Assembly (NCBI GenBank): GCA_964411355.1
Contig: CAYPKQ010000002.1
Location: 1-34,124 of the forward strand
Direction of reading: 5' to 3'
Source of the DNA: an uncultured Lachnospiraceae bacterium
GTDB taxonomy: Bacteria; Bacillota; Clostridia; Oscillospirales; CAG-272
Length of the DNA stretch: 34,124 bases
Of the stretch, positions 7,002-13,995 are shown one piece after another. Under the pieces are notes generated by a model. That model was not told the DNA's origin, did not search any database, and worked only from the letters and a program-made list of their open reading frames with translations. Each line of letters opens with the position of its first letter. Position 1 is the first letter of the stretch. The position numbers were made by a program, and so were the translations under genes.

Positions 7002-7760
7002 ATGCTTGCAATAGAAAGAAGACGAAAGATAATTTCAAGGCTCGGCTCAAACGGTAAGGTAATCGTAAGTGAGCTTGCAAAGGAATTTGAGGTTACCGAG
7101 GAGACTATTCGCCGTGATCTTGATAAGCTCGATAAAGAGGGCATCGCATCGAAAACCTACGGTGGTGCGGTTTCAAAAAACGTTTCGGCTCTCGACCTTC
7201 CGTATAACGTGCGAGAGGGGGTAAACGTTGAGCAAAAGGAAAGGATCGCAGAAAGGCTCGCAGAGCATATAAGAGACGGTGAGCGTCTTATGGTGGATTC
7301 CAGCTCAACGGCACTTTATCTTATTAAGAAATTGAAGGATAAAAAGGATCTTACCATTATAACAAATTCGGTAAAGGTGCTTCTCGAGCTTGCGGACAAG
7401 CCCGATTGGACGGTGCTTTCAACAGGCGGTATGCTTAAAAAAGGTGCACTTTCCCTTGGAGGCTCATCGGCAGAAAAAATGATAAATTCGTATCATGTAG
7501 ATACGGTGGTCATTTCCTGCAAGGGGCTTGACATGAGCTTTGGAGTTACCGATTCAAATGAAAATGATTGCAGAATAAAGCAGGCTATGCTTGACTGTGC
7601 TGAAAGAAGGATACTTGCTCTCGATTCGGAAAAAATGGATAAAAAATCTTTTATCCGCATCTGTGAGCTTTCGGAAATAGATATGATAGTTACCGATAGT
7701 GAGCCCGGTGCGGCTTGGCTTTCCTTCTGCGAAGAAAATGATATTGAAATGATATATTGA
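7002..7760 (+). CDS. DeoR-family transcriptional regulator
   Basis: 252 aa. The N-terminal wHTH is RRRKIISRLGSNGKVIVSELAKEFEVTEETIRRDLDKL. A DeoR C-terminal sugar-phosphate sensor-like domain follows. Confidence 0.9.
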   Translation: MLAIERRRKIISRLGSNGKVIVSELAKEFEVTEETIRRDLDKLDKEGIASKTYGGAVSKNVSALDLPYNVREGVNVEQKERIAERLAEHIRDGERLMVDSSSTALYLIKKLKDKKDLTIITNSVKVLLELADKPDWTVLSTGGMLKKGALSLGGSSAEKMINSYHVDTVVISCKGLDMSFGVTDSNENDCRIKQAMLDCAERRILALDSEKMDKKSFIRICELSEIDMIVTDSEPGAAWLSFCEENDIEMIY

Positions 7761-7770
7761 GGTTTGAAAA

Positions 7771-9210
7771 ATGGCAAATATTACAGAAGCCGAGATAAGG
7801 CAGATAGTTGAAAATATAATAAAGGTAAATTCAGCTCCCACTAAAAAATACACCTCAGTTTCATATGAGGGAAGGGCACTTATCGGCATCTATTCTGATA
7901 TGAATGAGGCGATAGAGGCTGCTGAAAGAGGCTACAGATCGGTTCGAAGCATGACGGTCGAGCAGAGAGAGAAGATAATCACCGAAATCCGCCGTCTCAC
8001 CATAGAAGAAGCTCCTATTATGGCAGAAATGGGCGTTGCCGAAACGGGCATGGGCAAAGTTGAGCACAAGAGACTTAAGCATATTCTCGTTGCGGAAAAG
8101 ACCCCCGGCACAGAAGACATAGTTTCCGAGGCAAAGACGGGAGACAGCGGTCTTACGCTGACCGAAATGGCACCCTTTGGAGTTGTTGGAGCGATCACGC
8201 CCAGCACCAATCCCTCCGAGACTGTTATTTGCAATTCCATCGGTATGATCGCAGCCGGAAACGGTGTTGTTTTCAATCCACATCCCGGTGCGATATGCGT
8301 TTCAAATTATGCGGTTGACCTTGTTAACCGCGCTTCAAAAAATGCGGGAGGTCCCGAAATTCTGGTCTGCTCTATGGATAAGCCCACTCTCGACAGTGCG
8401 GCAATAATGCAGAGTCATCCCAAGATAAGGCTTCTTGTCTGCACGGGCGGACCCGGAGTTGTTAAGGCGGTGCTTTCATCGGGTAAAAAGGCAATCGGCG
8501 CAGGTGCGGGAAATCCCCCCGTTATCGTTGATGATACAGCAGACATAAGAAAAGCCGCAAAGGATATAATCGACGGTTGCACCTTTGACAATAATCTTCC
8601 TTGTATTGCGGAAAAAGAGGTGTTCGCATTTTCCAATATCGCAGACGAGCTTATTTCCGAAATGCTCAGATGCGGTGCATATATGATAAATTCCGAGCAG
8701 GCGGAAAAGCTCTCGAAGATAGTTCTTGAAGAAAGGACGAATAAGGTCGGAAAGACGGTTAAAACAGTCAGCCGCACTTGCGTTGGCAGAGATGCGGATG
8801 TTATTCTTGCAAAGATCGGTGTAAATGTTGATAAGAGCGTGCGCTGCATTATTTGCGAGACTGATTTTATGCATGATTTTGTTCAGTATGAGCTTATGAT
8901 GCCGATACTTCCCATCGTGAGAGTGGAAAATATCGAGCAGGCGATAGAGCTTGCGGTAAAGGCAGAGCACGGAAACCGCCATACGGCTCATATGCATTCG
9001 AAGAATATAGATCATCTTTCGGCATTTGCAAAGGCTGTTGAGACCACCATCTTCGTTAAAAATGCGCCCTCCTATGCGGGAATCGGCTTTGGTGGAGAGG
9101 GACACACCACGTTTACCATTGCAGGCCCTACGGGCGAGGGAATTACCTCTGCAAGATCATTCACACGCCGCCGCAGATGCGTGATGGCAGATAATTTCAG
9201 AATTATTTGA
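7771..9210 (+). CDS. CoA-acylating aldehyde dehydrogenase (PduP/EutE-like) with an N-terminal encapsulation-peptide-like helix
   Basis: 479 aa. The ALDH-family core has the catalytic-Cys context DNNLPCIAEKE and GAGAGNPP. The N-terminus MANITEAEIRQIVENIIKV is followed by a linker before the catalytic domain. Confidence 0.88.
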   Translation: MANITEAEIRQIVENIIKVNSAPTKKYTSVSYEGRALIGIYSDMNEAIEAAERGYRSVRSMTVEQREKIITEIRRLTIEEAPIMAEMGVAETGMGKVEHKRLKHILVAEKTPGTEDIVSEAKTGDSGLTLTEMAPFGVVGAITPSTNPSETVICNSIGMIAAGNGVVFNPHPGAICVSNYAVDLVNRASKNAGGPEILVCSMDKPTLDSAAIMQSHPKIRLLVCTGGPGVVKAVLSSGKKAIGAGAGNPPVIVDDTADIRKAAKDIIDGCTFDNNLPCIAEKEVFAFSNIADELISEMLRCGAYMINSEQAEKLSKIVLEERTNKVGKTVKTVSRTCVGRDADVILAKIGVNVDKSVRCIICETDFMHDFVQYELMMPILPIVRVENIEQAIELAVKAEHGNRHTAHMHSKNIDHLSAFAKAVETTIFVKNAPSYAGIGFGGEGHTTFTIAGPTGEGITSARSFTRRRRCVMADNFRII

Positions 9211-9218
9211 GGTCAGAT

Positions 9219-9869
9219 ATGAAATATACCGAATCAGAGCTTAGGTCACTTGTAAATAAAGTTATAGAAAGCGTTAAGGATGGCGGAAAGACCGAGGGCG
9301 ATATTCCCGTTGGAATTTCAAACCGCCATATACACCTTACCGCAGAACACGTCGAAGTACTTTTCGGAAAGGGGTATAGGCTCACAAAGTTCAAAGACCT
9401 TTCGCAGCCGGGGCAGTATGCTTGCCGTGAACAGCTTACCATCGTCGGTCCTTCAATGAGGGCTATCGAGGGTGTTCGAGTCCTTGGACCCGAAAGAAAA
9501 AAATCGCAGGTAGAGATATCGAGAACAGACAGCTATCTTTTAAAGGTAAAGCCGCCTGTTAGAGAATCGGGCGATCTTGAAGGTTCTTCTCCCATCGCCA
9601 TAATCGGACCTTGCGGAATAGTGAGGCTTGATGAAGGATGCATAATTGCCAACCGTCATATTCACATGAGTGAGGACGAGGGCAGGGCATTTGGACTTGC
9701 GGATGGAGATTATGTTGATGTTGAGCTTTCGGGCGAAAGAAAAAGTCTTTTTTATGACGTTCAGGTGAGAGTACATAAGGATTTCAGACTTGAGATGCAT
9801 ATTGATACCGATGATGCAAACGCCGCAGGAGTTTCAAACGGCTTCAAGGCAAAGCTTATAAAGAGATAA
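9219..9869 (+). CDS. pduL: PduL-type phosphotransacylase with an N-terminal encapsulation-peptide-like helix
   Basis: I moved the start to the ATG at 9219 (a GAGG RBS lies upstream; the ORF-track start at 9207 overlaps the ALDH stop). It has the duplicated PduL motifs SNRHIHL and ANRHIHM. The N-terminus is MKYTESELRSLVNKVIESV. Confidence 0.88.
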   Translation: MKYTESELRSLVNKVIESVKDGGKTEGDIPVGISNRHIHLTAEHVEVLFGKGYRLTKFKDLSQPGQYACREQLTIVGPSMRAIEGVRVLGPERKKSQVEISRTDSYLLKVKPPVRESGDLEGSSPIAIIGPCGIVRLDEGCIIANRHIHMSEDEGRAFGLADGDYVDVELSGERKSLFYDVQVRVHKDFRLEMHIDTDDANAAGVSNGFKAKLIKR

Positions 9870-9876
9870 AATGTGA

Positions 9877-9910
9877 ACTGCCCCGCTTTATTTTGCAGGG
9901 CAGTTTTTTT
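9877..9910 (+). terminator. Rho-independent terminator of the BMC operon
   Basis: The stem CTGCCC (9877-9882) pairs with GGGCAG (9898-9903) and is followed by TTTTTTT (9904-9910), 8 nt after the pduL stop. Confidence 0.8.
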
Positions 9911-9929
9911 ATGGAATTTGCCGTTTTAT

Positions 9930-9941
9930 AAATTACTGTTT
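9930..9941. repeat. Solo copy of the repeat-family terminal 12-mer AAATTACTGTTT, next to a TTTGCCGAA/TTCGGCAAA inverted repeat
   Basis: This is an exact match to 93-104 and 29032-29043. TTTGCCGAA (9939-9947) pairs with TTCGGCAAA (9991-9999). Confidence 0.6.
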
Positions 9942-10013
9942 GCCGAAGCAAATATATGGCGAAGATCGATTGCAACTGTAGAAAAATAATTTCGGCAAAT
10001 CCCCATTTATTCG

Positions 10014-10045
10014 CAAAAAAACGGGAGGACTTTCGCAGTCCTCCC
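10014..10045 (-). terminator. Rho-independent terminator (minus strand) of the orphan transcription unit
   Basis: The minus strand reads GGGAGGACT-gcgaa-AGTCCTCCC followed by G and TTTTTTT. The 9-bp GC-rich stem lies at 10023-10045 and the T-run corresponds to plus-strand A7 at 10014-10020. Confidence 0.8.
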
Positions 10046-10501
10046 TTATATTCATATATCTTATATCCGACTTATTTGAAAAAATTTCAGATTTCCATTG
10101 GAGTAGCTCCTTATTCAAGATGTTTTGGTAACAATTTTCTTCAGTATAAACCGTGTGTTCATTCGCATTTCACCCATAATCTATATCAAATCATCTTGTG
10201 TTAAAACTCATTATTCGGTTAGCTATTCGACATGAAAATTAATTAGTTCATTGGTTCTTCTCCTTATAATACTGTTCTGAAACAGCATAAACTTCTCGGT
10301 GGATCTTTTTTCATAACATCACTCCTAACCGGGAATATTAATTTCTTTTGGGAAGACTGATTAGTTCATCGGTTATATCTCCTTTTCCGTTTTGATCTTA
10401 GCTTGGGTTCGTGTAAGGCGTCTTAAAATCATAGCTCTACATCCCTCCTTAGCTTTAAGCTGCCTATCGTAGGATCGTTTTTTTGTCTTTCCTTTTTGCA
10501 T
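10046..10501 (-). other. Body of an orphan ~490-nt minus-strand transcript that carries only mini/small ORFs (candidate small-peptide mRNA or ncRNA)
   Basis: The body lies between the consensus promoter (10506-10534) and the terminator (10014-10045). Candidate small ORFs on the minus strand are:
- a possible leaderless ATG at 10501, giving a 42-aa, highly basic peptide (MQKGKTKKRSYDRQLKAKEGCRAMILRRLTRTQAKIKTEKEI)
- AAGGAGG-N11-ATG, giving MILRRLTRTQAKIKTEKEI
- TAGGAG-N7-ATG, giving MKKDPPRSLCCFRTVL
- three AAGGAG-N8/9-ATG mini-ORFs (MN*, MN*, MEI*). Confidence 0.45.
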
Positions 10502-10505
10502 CTTT

Positions 10506-10534
10506 ATTATAACAGATTTTGTAGGATGTGTCAA
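10506..10534 (-). promoter_or_regulatory. Consensus sigma-A-type promoter (minus strand)
   Basis: The minus strand reads TTGACA (10534-10529), a 17-nt spacer, then TATAAT (10511-10506). Both hexamers match the consensus perfectly. Confidence 0.75.
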
Positions 10535-10655
10535 TATTTTTTTGATAAAAAAATCAACTTTGTGAAAACTGTACAAAAATCAGCGTGTTTTTTAGGCACA
10601 GAAACGAAGAATAAAAAGTTTTTTTGGCGAAAAGAAAAAAATTTACGAAATAGTA

Positions 10656-10684
10656 TTGAAATTGGTGATAAAATTTGATATAAT
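10656..10684 (+). promoter_or_regulatory. Sigma-A-type promoter for the LacI-sensor/LuxR-HTH regulator gene
   Basis: TTGAAA (10656-10661), a 17-nt spacer, then TATAAT (10679-10684). Confidence 0.7.
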
Positions 10685-10696
10685 AAATATGTTATG

Positions 10697-10720
10697 CGGC
10701 TGATATCAGCCGATTTTTTT
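10697..10720 (+). promoter_or_regulatory. Perfect 16-bp palindrome plus T7 in the 5' leader (leader terminator/attenuator or operator)
   Basis: CGGCTGATATCAGCCG (10697-10712) is followed by A then TTTTTTT (10714-10720). It sits between the -10 box and the RBS GAAGGGGGG. Confidence 0.55.
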
Positions 10721-10739
10721 GTTGAAGGGGGGCAGAAAA

Positions 10740-11819
10740 ATGGATAGTCTAAAGCTTTATATTGAGCCGGGATTCGAGAGCAGATATTGGCTGAAAAATA
10801 TTTATGACGGATTTCTTTCCGAAGCTGCCACCGCCAAGAAAAATGTAAAAGAGCTAAAGATCATCGAAAAAAACGGCGGAAGCGAGCCTGTTGCAATTAT
10901 AGGAACCGAAAGTGAATGGCTCGAGCGAGCTGTTCACACTCTTGCAGAGGCAAATTACCGCCCGGTTCTCATAAGTGCCGGAAGTGCTCCCACCAAAAAG
11001 ATGCTTTGCAGTAATGTTTGCTTTGATCTTTATGAGGCTGTTTCGGATTGTATTCATTATCTTGTGGGTGCGGGAAGGACTCGCATTGCGGCACTGGGAC
11101 TAAGAGACCTTGACTTTTGCGACAAGATAAAGCAGAAGGCGTTTTTTGAGGTGACGGAGGAAAAAGGTCTAAAAAACTGTGCCTGCGTTCCCCTTGACGA
11201 TTCGCACATTGAAGATTTTGTTTCGAGGATCGACAGCTTTGTTGGAAAATATGATGCGGTCATATGTTCAAATGATACCCTTGCAGTTTATCTTATAAAG
11301 AGAATGAATGAGATGGGGTATGATGTTCCAAGGTCGCTTTATGTTATCGGAATGGGTAATTCCAGCATCGGCAGAAATATCTCCGTTCCGCTGACCTCTG
11401 TTCTACTTGATTATTCAAGGCTCGGACGCCAAGCGGTAAGGCTATGCAAATATCTTTCTGCAAATTCGGGCATATTCAGAAGCGTATCTTATATAAAATG
11501 CGATCTTGTTATAAGAGACTCCACAGATAATGTGCCTTTCCAGGCAGCCTGGGAAACACCCGTTATCGGAAGCGGCGGTGATGAGGTTTATAAGAATCCC
11601 GAGCTTGCGGAAATAATCGAGATCGAATCATTTTTGCAGGAATGTGACGATACAGACAGAGAAATAATTAAGCTGATGCTGAAGGGACTTACATATGATG
11701 AGATCGCATCAAAGCTCTTTATCCATATCAGGACTCTCTCATATAGAAAAACAAAGATGTTCAAGCGTCTGTCGGTCACCACAAAAGAGGAGTTTTGCGC
11801 TAAGATCAGAAGAATTTAA
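10740..11819 (+). CDS. Transcriptional regulator with a LacI/PBP1-type sugar-binding domain (no N-terminal HTH) fused to a C-terminal LuxR/GerE-type HTH
   Basis: I moved the start to the ATG at 10740 (RBS GAAGGGGGG 8 nt upstream). The LacI-type core is YDAVICSNDTLAVYLIKRMNEMGYDVPRSLYVIGMGNSSIGRNISVPLTSV. The C-terminal segment LTYDEIASKLFIHIRTLSYRKTKMFKRL matches the GerE/LuxR HTH pattern. Confidence 0.75.
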   Translation: MDSLKLYIEPGFESRYWLKNIYDGFLSEAATAKKNVKELKIIEKNGGSEPVAIIGTESEWLERAVHTLAEANYRPVLISAGSAPTKKMLCSNVCFDLYEAVSDCIHYLVGAGRTRIAALGLRDLDFCDKIKQKAFFEVTEEKGLKNCACVPLDDSHIEDFVSRIDSFVGKYDAVICSNDTLAVYLIKRMNEMGYDVPRSLYVIGMGNSSIGRNISVPLTSVLLDYSRLGRQAVRLCKYLSANSGIFRSVSYIKCDLVIRDSTDNVPFQAAWETPVIGSGGDEVYKNPELAEIIEIESFLQECDDTDREIIKLMLKGLTYDEIASKLFIHIRTLSYRKTKMFKRLSVTTKEEFCAKIRRI

Positions 11820-11837
11820 TTTTTAATAACGAAAAAT

Positions 11838-11881
11838 GGCACCTCTGAAAACTCAAAGAATACCGAGTTTTCAGAGATGCC
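11838..11881. terminator. Hairpin between convergent genes; a better terminator for the minus-strand GH92 gene
   Basis: GGCAcCTCTGAAAACTC ... GAGTTTTCAGAGaTGCC. On the minus strand it is followed by ATTTTTCG. On the plus strand it is followed only by AAAATTT. Confidence 0.6.
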
Positions 11882-11886
11882 AAAAT

Positions 11887-13995
11887 TTATTCCATTACAA
11901 ATTCCAAAGTGCCGCCACGCATCATTTCGCTTGCTTTGAAGCGATGTTCCTTTACCAAACTGCCGTTAAAATACGCTTCCCTTACGTAAATATTGTTCTC
12001 GCTGTGGTTTTTTACCTTGATTTCAAGGGTGTTTCCGTTTGCAAGATGCATAATACCGCTCTTTACATGAGGAGATCCTATGAACATAAGATCCTGTCCC
12101 GAAATCGGGAAAATACCAAGCATATTCCAGATATAGCAGGATGAAAGTCCGCCCGAATCATTGTTTCCGGGAATTCCGCCCTCTCCCGTGGTGAACATAT
12201 ATTTTATGCCGCCGTCAATGATGTCGCAAACCTTTTTGTGCTCATCAAGGTAGATATAAGAATAGGGTGTTTCCATATCAGGCTCGTTATTGTAGCCCTC
12301 AAAATGATGTATTCCCGTGCTCTCAATGTAGTCATAGCATTCGGGTTTTTGAGGCTGAACCACCGCAGGCTCACCAAAACCGAAGAAAGTGTCAAGCAAG
12401 GACATGACCTTTTCTTTGCCGCCCGAAAGCTCTGTTCTTTCGGAAAAATATCTTGACGGACGGAAGGAATAATTCCATTTGTTGCCCTCATAATAGGGGG
12501 AATCGTCCGTGAGAAGTCCCGTTTCAAAATCAAAGACGTTTTTATAGTTTTCGCTGAGCTTTTTGAGCCTTTCCGCAAAAGCAAGGTCGCCGTTTTCCTC
12601 TGCAAGCTCTGCTGCCATAGCGCAAGCATCAGCCATATCGAGAGTGTGAGTTGCTCTTTCGCATCTTCCGTCTCTCTCGTAGTCGGCATACATTCCCGCA
12701 AGCTCGTTCTTTACATTTTCAAGGATATAATCTGCATCAATACCCTTTACGGAGCGGCGGTAAGCATCATAAAGAATAACATCGCCCAGCATTCTCGCCT
12801 GCTGCGTTTCAACATTTTTATCGTTTTTCAGCGCAAAGCAAACGGGGATATAGCCATATAATTTGCCAACCTCTTTAAGACCGCCCGCAATATGATAGCT
12901 TTCCTCATTGAAGAGTGTGAAAATAAGCGGAAGCTGTGTTTTGTAAACATCCCAAAGAGTTGCATAGTCAATGCAAACGGGATCGCCTTCTTTAAGGGGA
13001 ACGCCGCAGACGGTCTCGCCGGTCCAGATGCAAGGCTTGATGAAGCTGTGATAAAGATTGGAATAGAAAATTTCAAGGGTTCTTTCGTCTGCCTCAATTT
13101 CGATTTTTGAAAGTGCCTCGTTCCATTTTGCGTAGGCGTTTTTGGTCGCTTCATCAAAAGGCTTGTCCTCTTTTTCGATATATGCCTTTGCAGCCTCAAA
13201 TGAGTGGGTGGAAATGGCAAGGGTAAGCTCTGCGCTCGTTCCTCCGATCTCAAAAACTGCACCGTATGTATTGTTAGCAGTACATTCCGGCTTCAGAATG
13301 TGACCTGCGCATTCTTTATAGCCTTCCCAAAGGCTTGCACTTTTTGCGCCTTTGATACGAACGCAAAAATAGAGCTTGACCTTCTGGAAAAATCCGGACA
13401 TATGAACTTCATTATCCGAAACAAGTGTGATTTCAGCATCACTAACAATGCCGTGAAAGAATTTATCCCATTTTCTATTCAGACCGTCATTTGAAAAGTC
13501 AATGGCAATTCTTCCGCCCTCTCCGGGGAAGGTATAGCGATGAAGTGCGGTGTTTTTTGTAACCGTTGCTTCGGCTTTTATCTCACCGATGGGGGCAGAA
13601 TAATAGCCGGGAAATGCCTTCTCGTCCTTAAGCTCATGAAGAATAGCGGAATTTTCAAGCTCACCGAAAAAGGGCGTTGCGAGAGCATAGTTATAGAAAA
13701 ATCCAATGCCGCCCGTTCCGCTTTGAGACAGATGAGAAATGGCTCTTATGTATTTTTTATCAAATGCCTGCAAGGTAGGCCCGCATGAATTTGGAGCGTT
13801 TGTTCCGTATCCCGATGAATATGCACCGTCATAAGCACCGCAGGACATTTTTCCAAAGGGCAGGCAAGCGGCGGGATTTGTATTTCCGCACATGGCTTTT
13901 CTGAAAAACCATGTTGCCGCAATTCCTTCGGGCTTTGGCAGGTCAATTACTCCGTTCCCTTGAAACACATTTACATATTTACAAAAATCTTTCAT
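11887..13995 (-). CDS. Glycoside hydrolase family 92-like protein (alpha-mannosidase family), no signal peptide
   Basis: 702 aa. GH92-like blocks seen:
- VNVFQGNG
- GNTNPAACLPFGKM
- ISHLSQSGTGG
- EGNKWNYSF
- GYNNEPDMETPYSYIY
- GIPGNNDSGGLSSCYIWNMLGIFPISG
- GGTLEFVM

The N-terminus MKDFCKYVN is not hydrophobic. Confidence 0.75.
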   Translation of the reverse strand: MKDFCKYVNVFQGNGVIDLPKPEGIAATWFFRKAMCGNTNPAACLPFGKMSCGAYDGAYSSGYGTNAPNSCGPTLQAFDKKYIRAISHLSQSGTGGIGFFYNYALATPFFGELENSAILHELKDEKAFPGYYSAPIGEIKAEATVTKNTALHRYTFPGEGGRIAIDFSNDGLNRKWDKFFHGIVSDAEITLVSDNEVHMSGFFQKVKLYFCVRIKGAKSASLWEGYKECAGHILKPECTANNTYGAVFEIGGTSAELTLAISTHSFEAAKAYIEKEDKPFDEATKNAYAKWNEALSKIEIEADERTLEIFYSNLYHSFIKPCIWTGETVCGVPLKEGDPVCIDYATLWDVYKTQLPLIFTLFNEESYHIAGGLKEVGKLYGYIPVCFALKNDKNVETQQARMLGDVILYDAYRRSVKGIDADYILENVKNELAGMYADYERDGRCERATHTLDMADACAMAAELAEENGDLAFAERLKKLSENYKNVFDFETGLLTDDSPYYEGNKWNYSFRPSRYFSERTELSGGKEKVMSLLDTFFGFGEPAVVQPQKPECYDYIESTGIHHFEGYNNEPDMETPYSYIYLDEHKKVCDIIDGGIKYMFTTGEGGIPGNNDSGGLSSCYIWNMLGIFPISGQDLMFIGSPHVKSGIMHLANGNTLEIKVKNHSENNIYVREAYFNGSLVKEHRFKASEMMRGGTLEFVME

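Noticed and set aside
8476-9105. Long antisense ORFs opposite well-supported genes:
- 8476-9105
- 8415-8849
- 1518-2048
- 5261-5710
- 12204-12701
- 12828-13262
- 17278-17775
- 21910-22557
- 24387-24908
- 27042-27761
   Set aside because: Each is fully embedded opposite a gene with clear family motifs. All lack RBSs and have skewed, low-complexity composition. They are typical shadow ORFs.
154-9869. Calling the BMC locus a Pdu, Eut, glycyl-radical or carboxysome locus on the basis of the PduS/PduT/PduL/EutN-like genes.
   Set aside because: No diol dehydratase, ethanolamine ammonia-lyase, glycyl-radical enzyme/activase, RuBisCO or carbonic anhydrase is present in the window. The only candidate signature enzyme is the class II aldolase.
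9933-10204. ORFs 9933-10118 (minus, 61 aa) and 9956-10204 (plus, 82 aa) in the gap after the BMC operon.
   Set aside because: Neither has an RBS. The minus-strand ORF uses TTG and reads straight through the strong intrinsic terminator. The plus-strand ORF has Cys/Tyr-rich, nonsense-like composition.
10373-10576. Full 67-aa minus-strand ORF from the ORF track.
   Set aside because: Its first 25 codons lie upstream of, and across, the consensus promoter at 10506-10534. Only the part downstream of the promoter (42 aa or less) could be translated from the predicted transcript.
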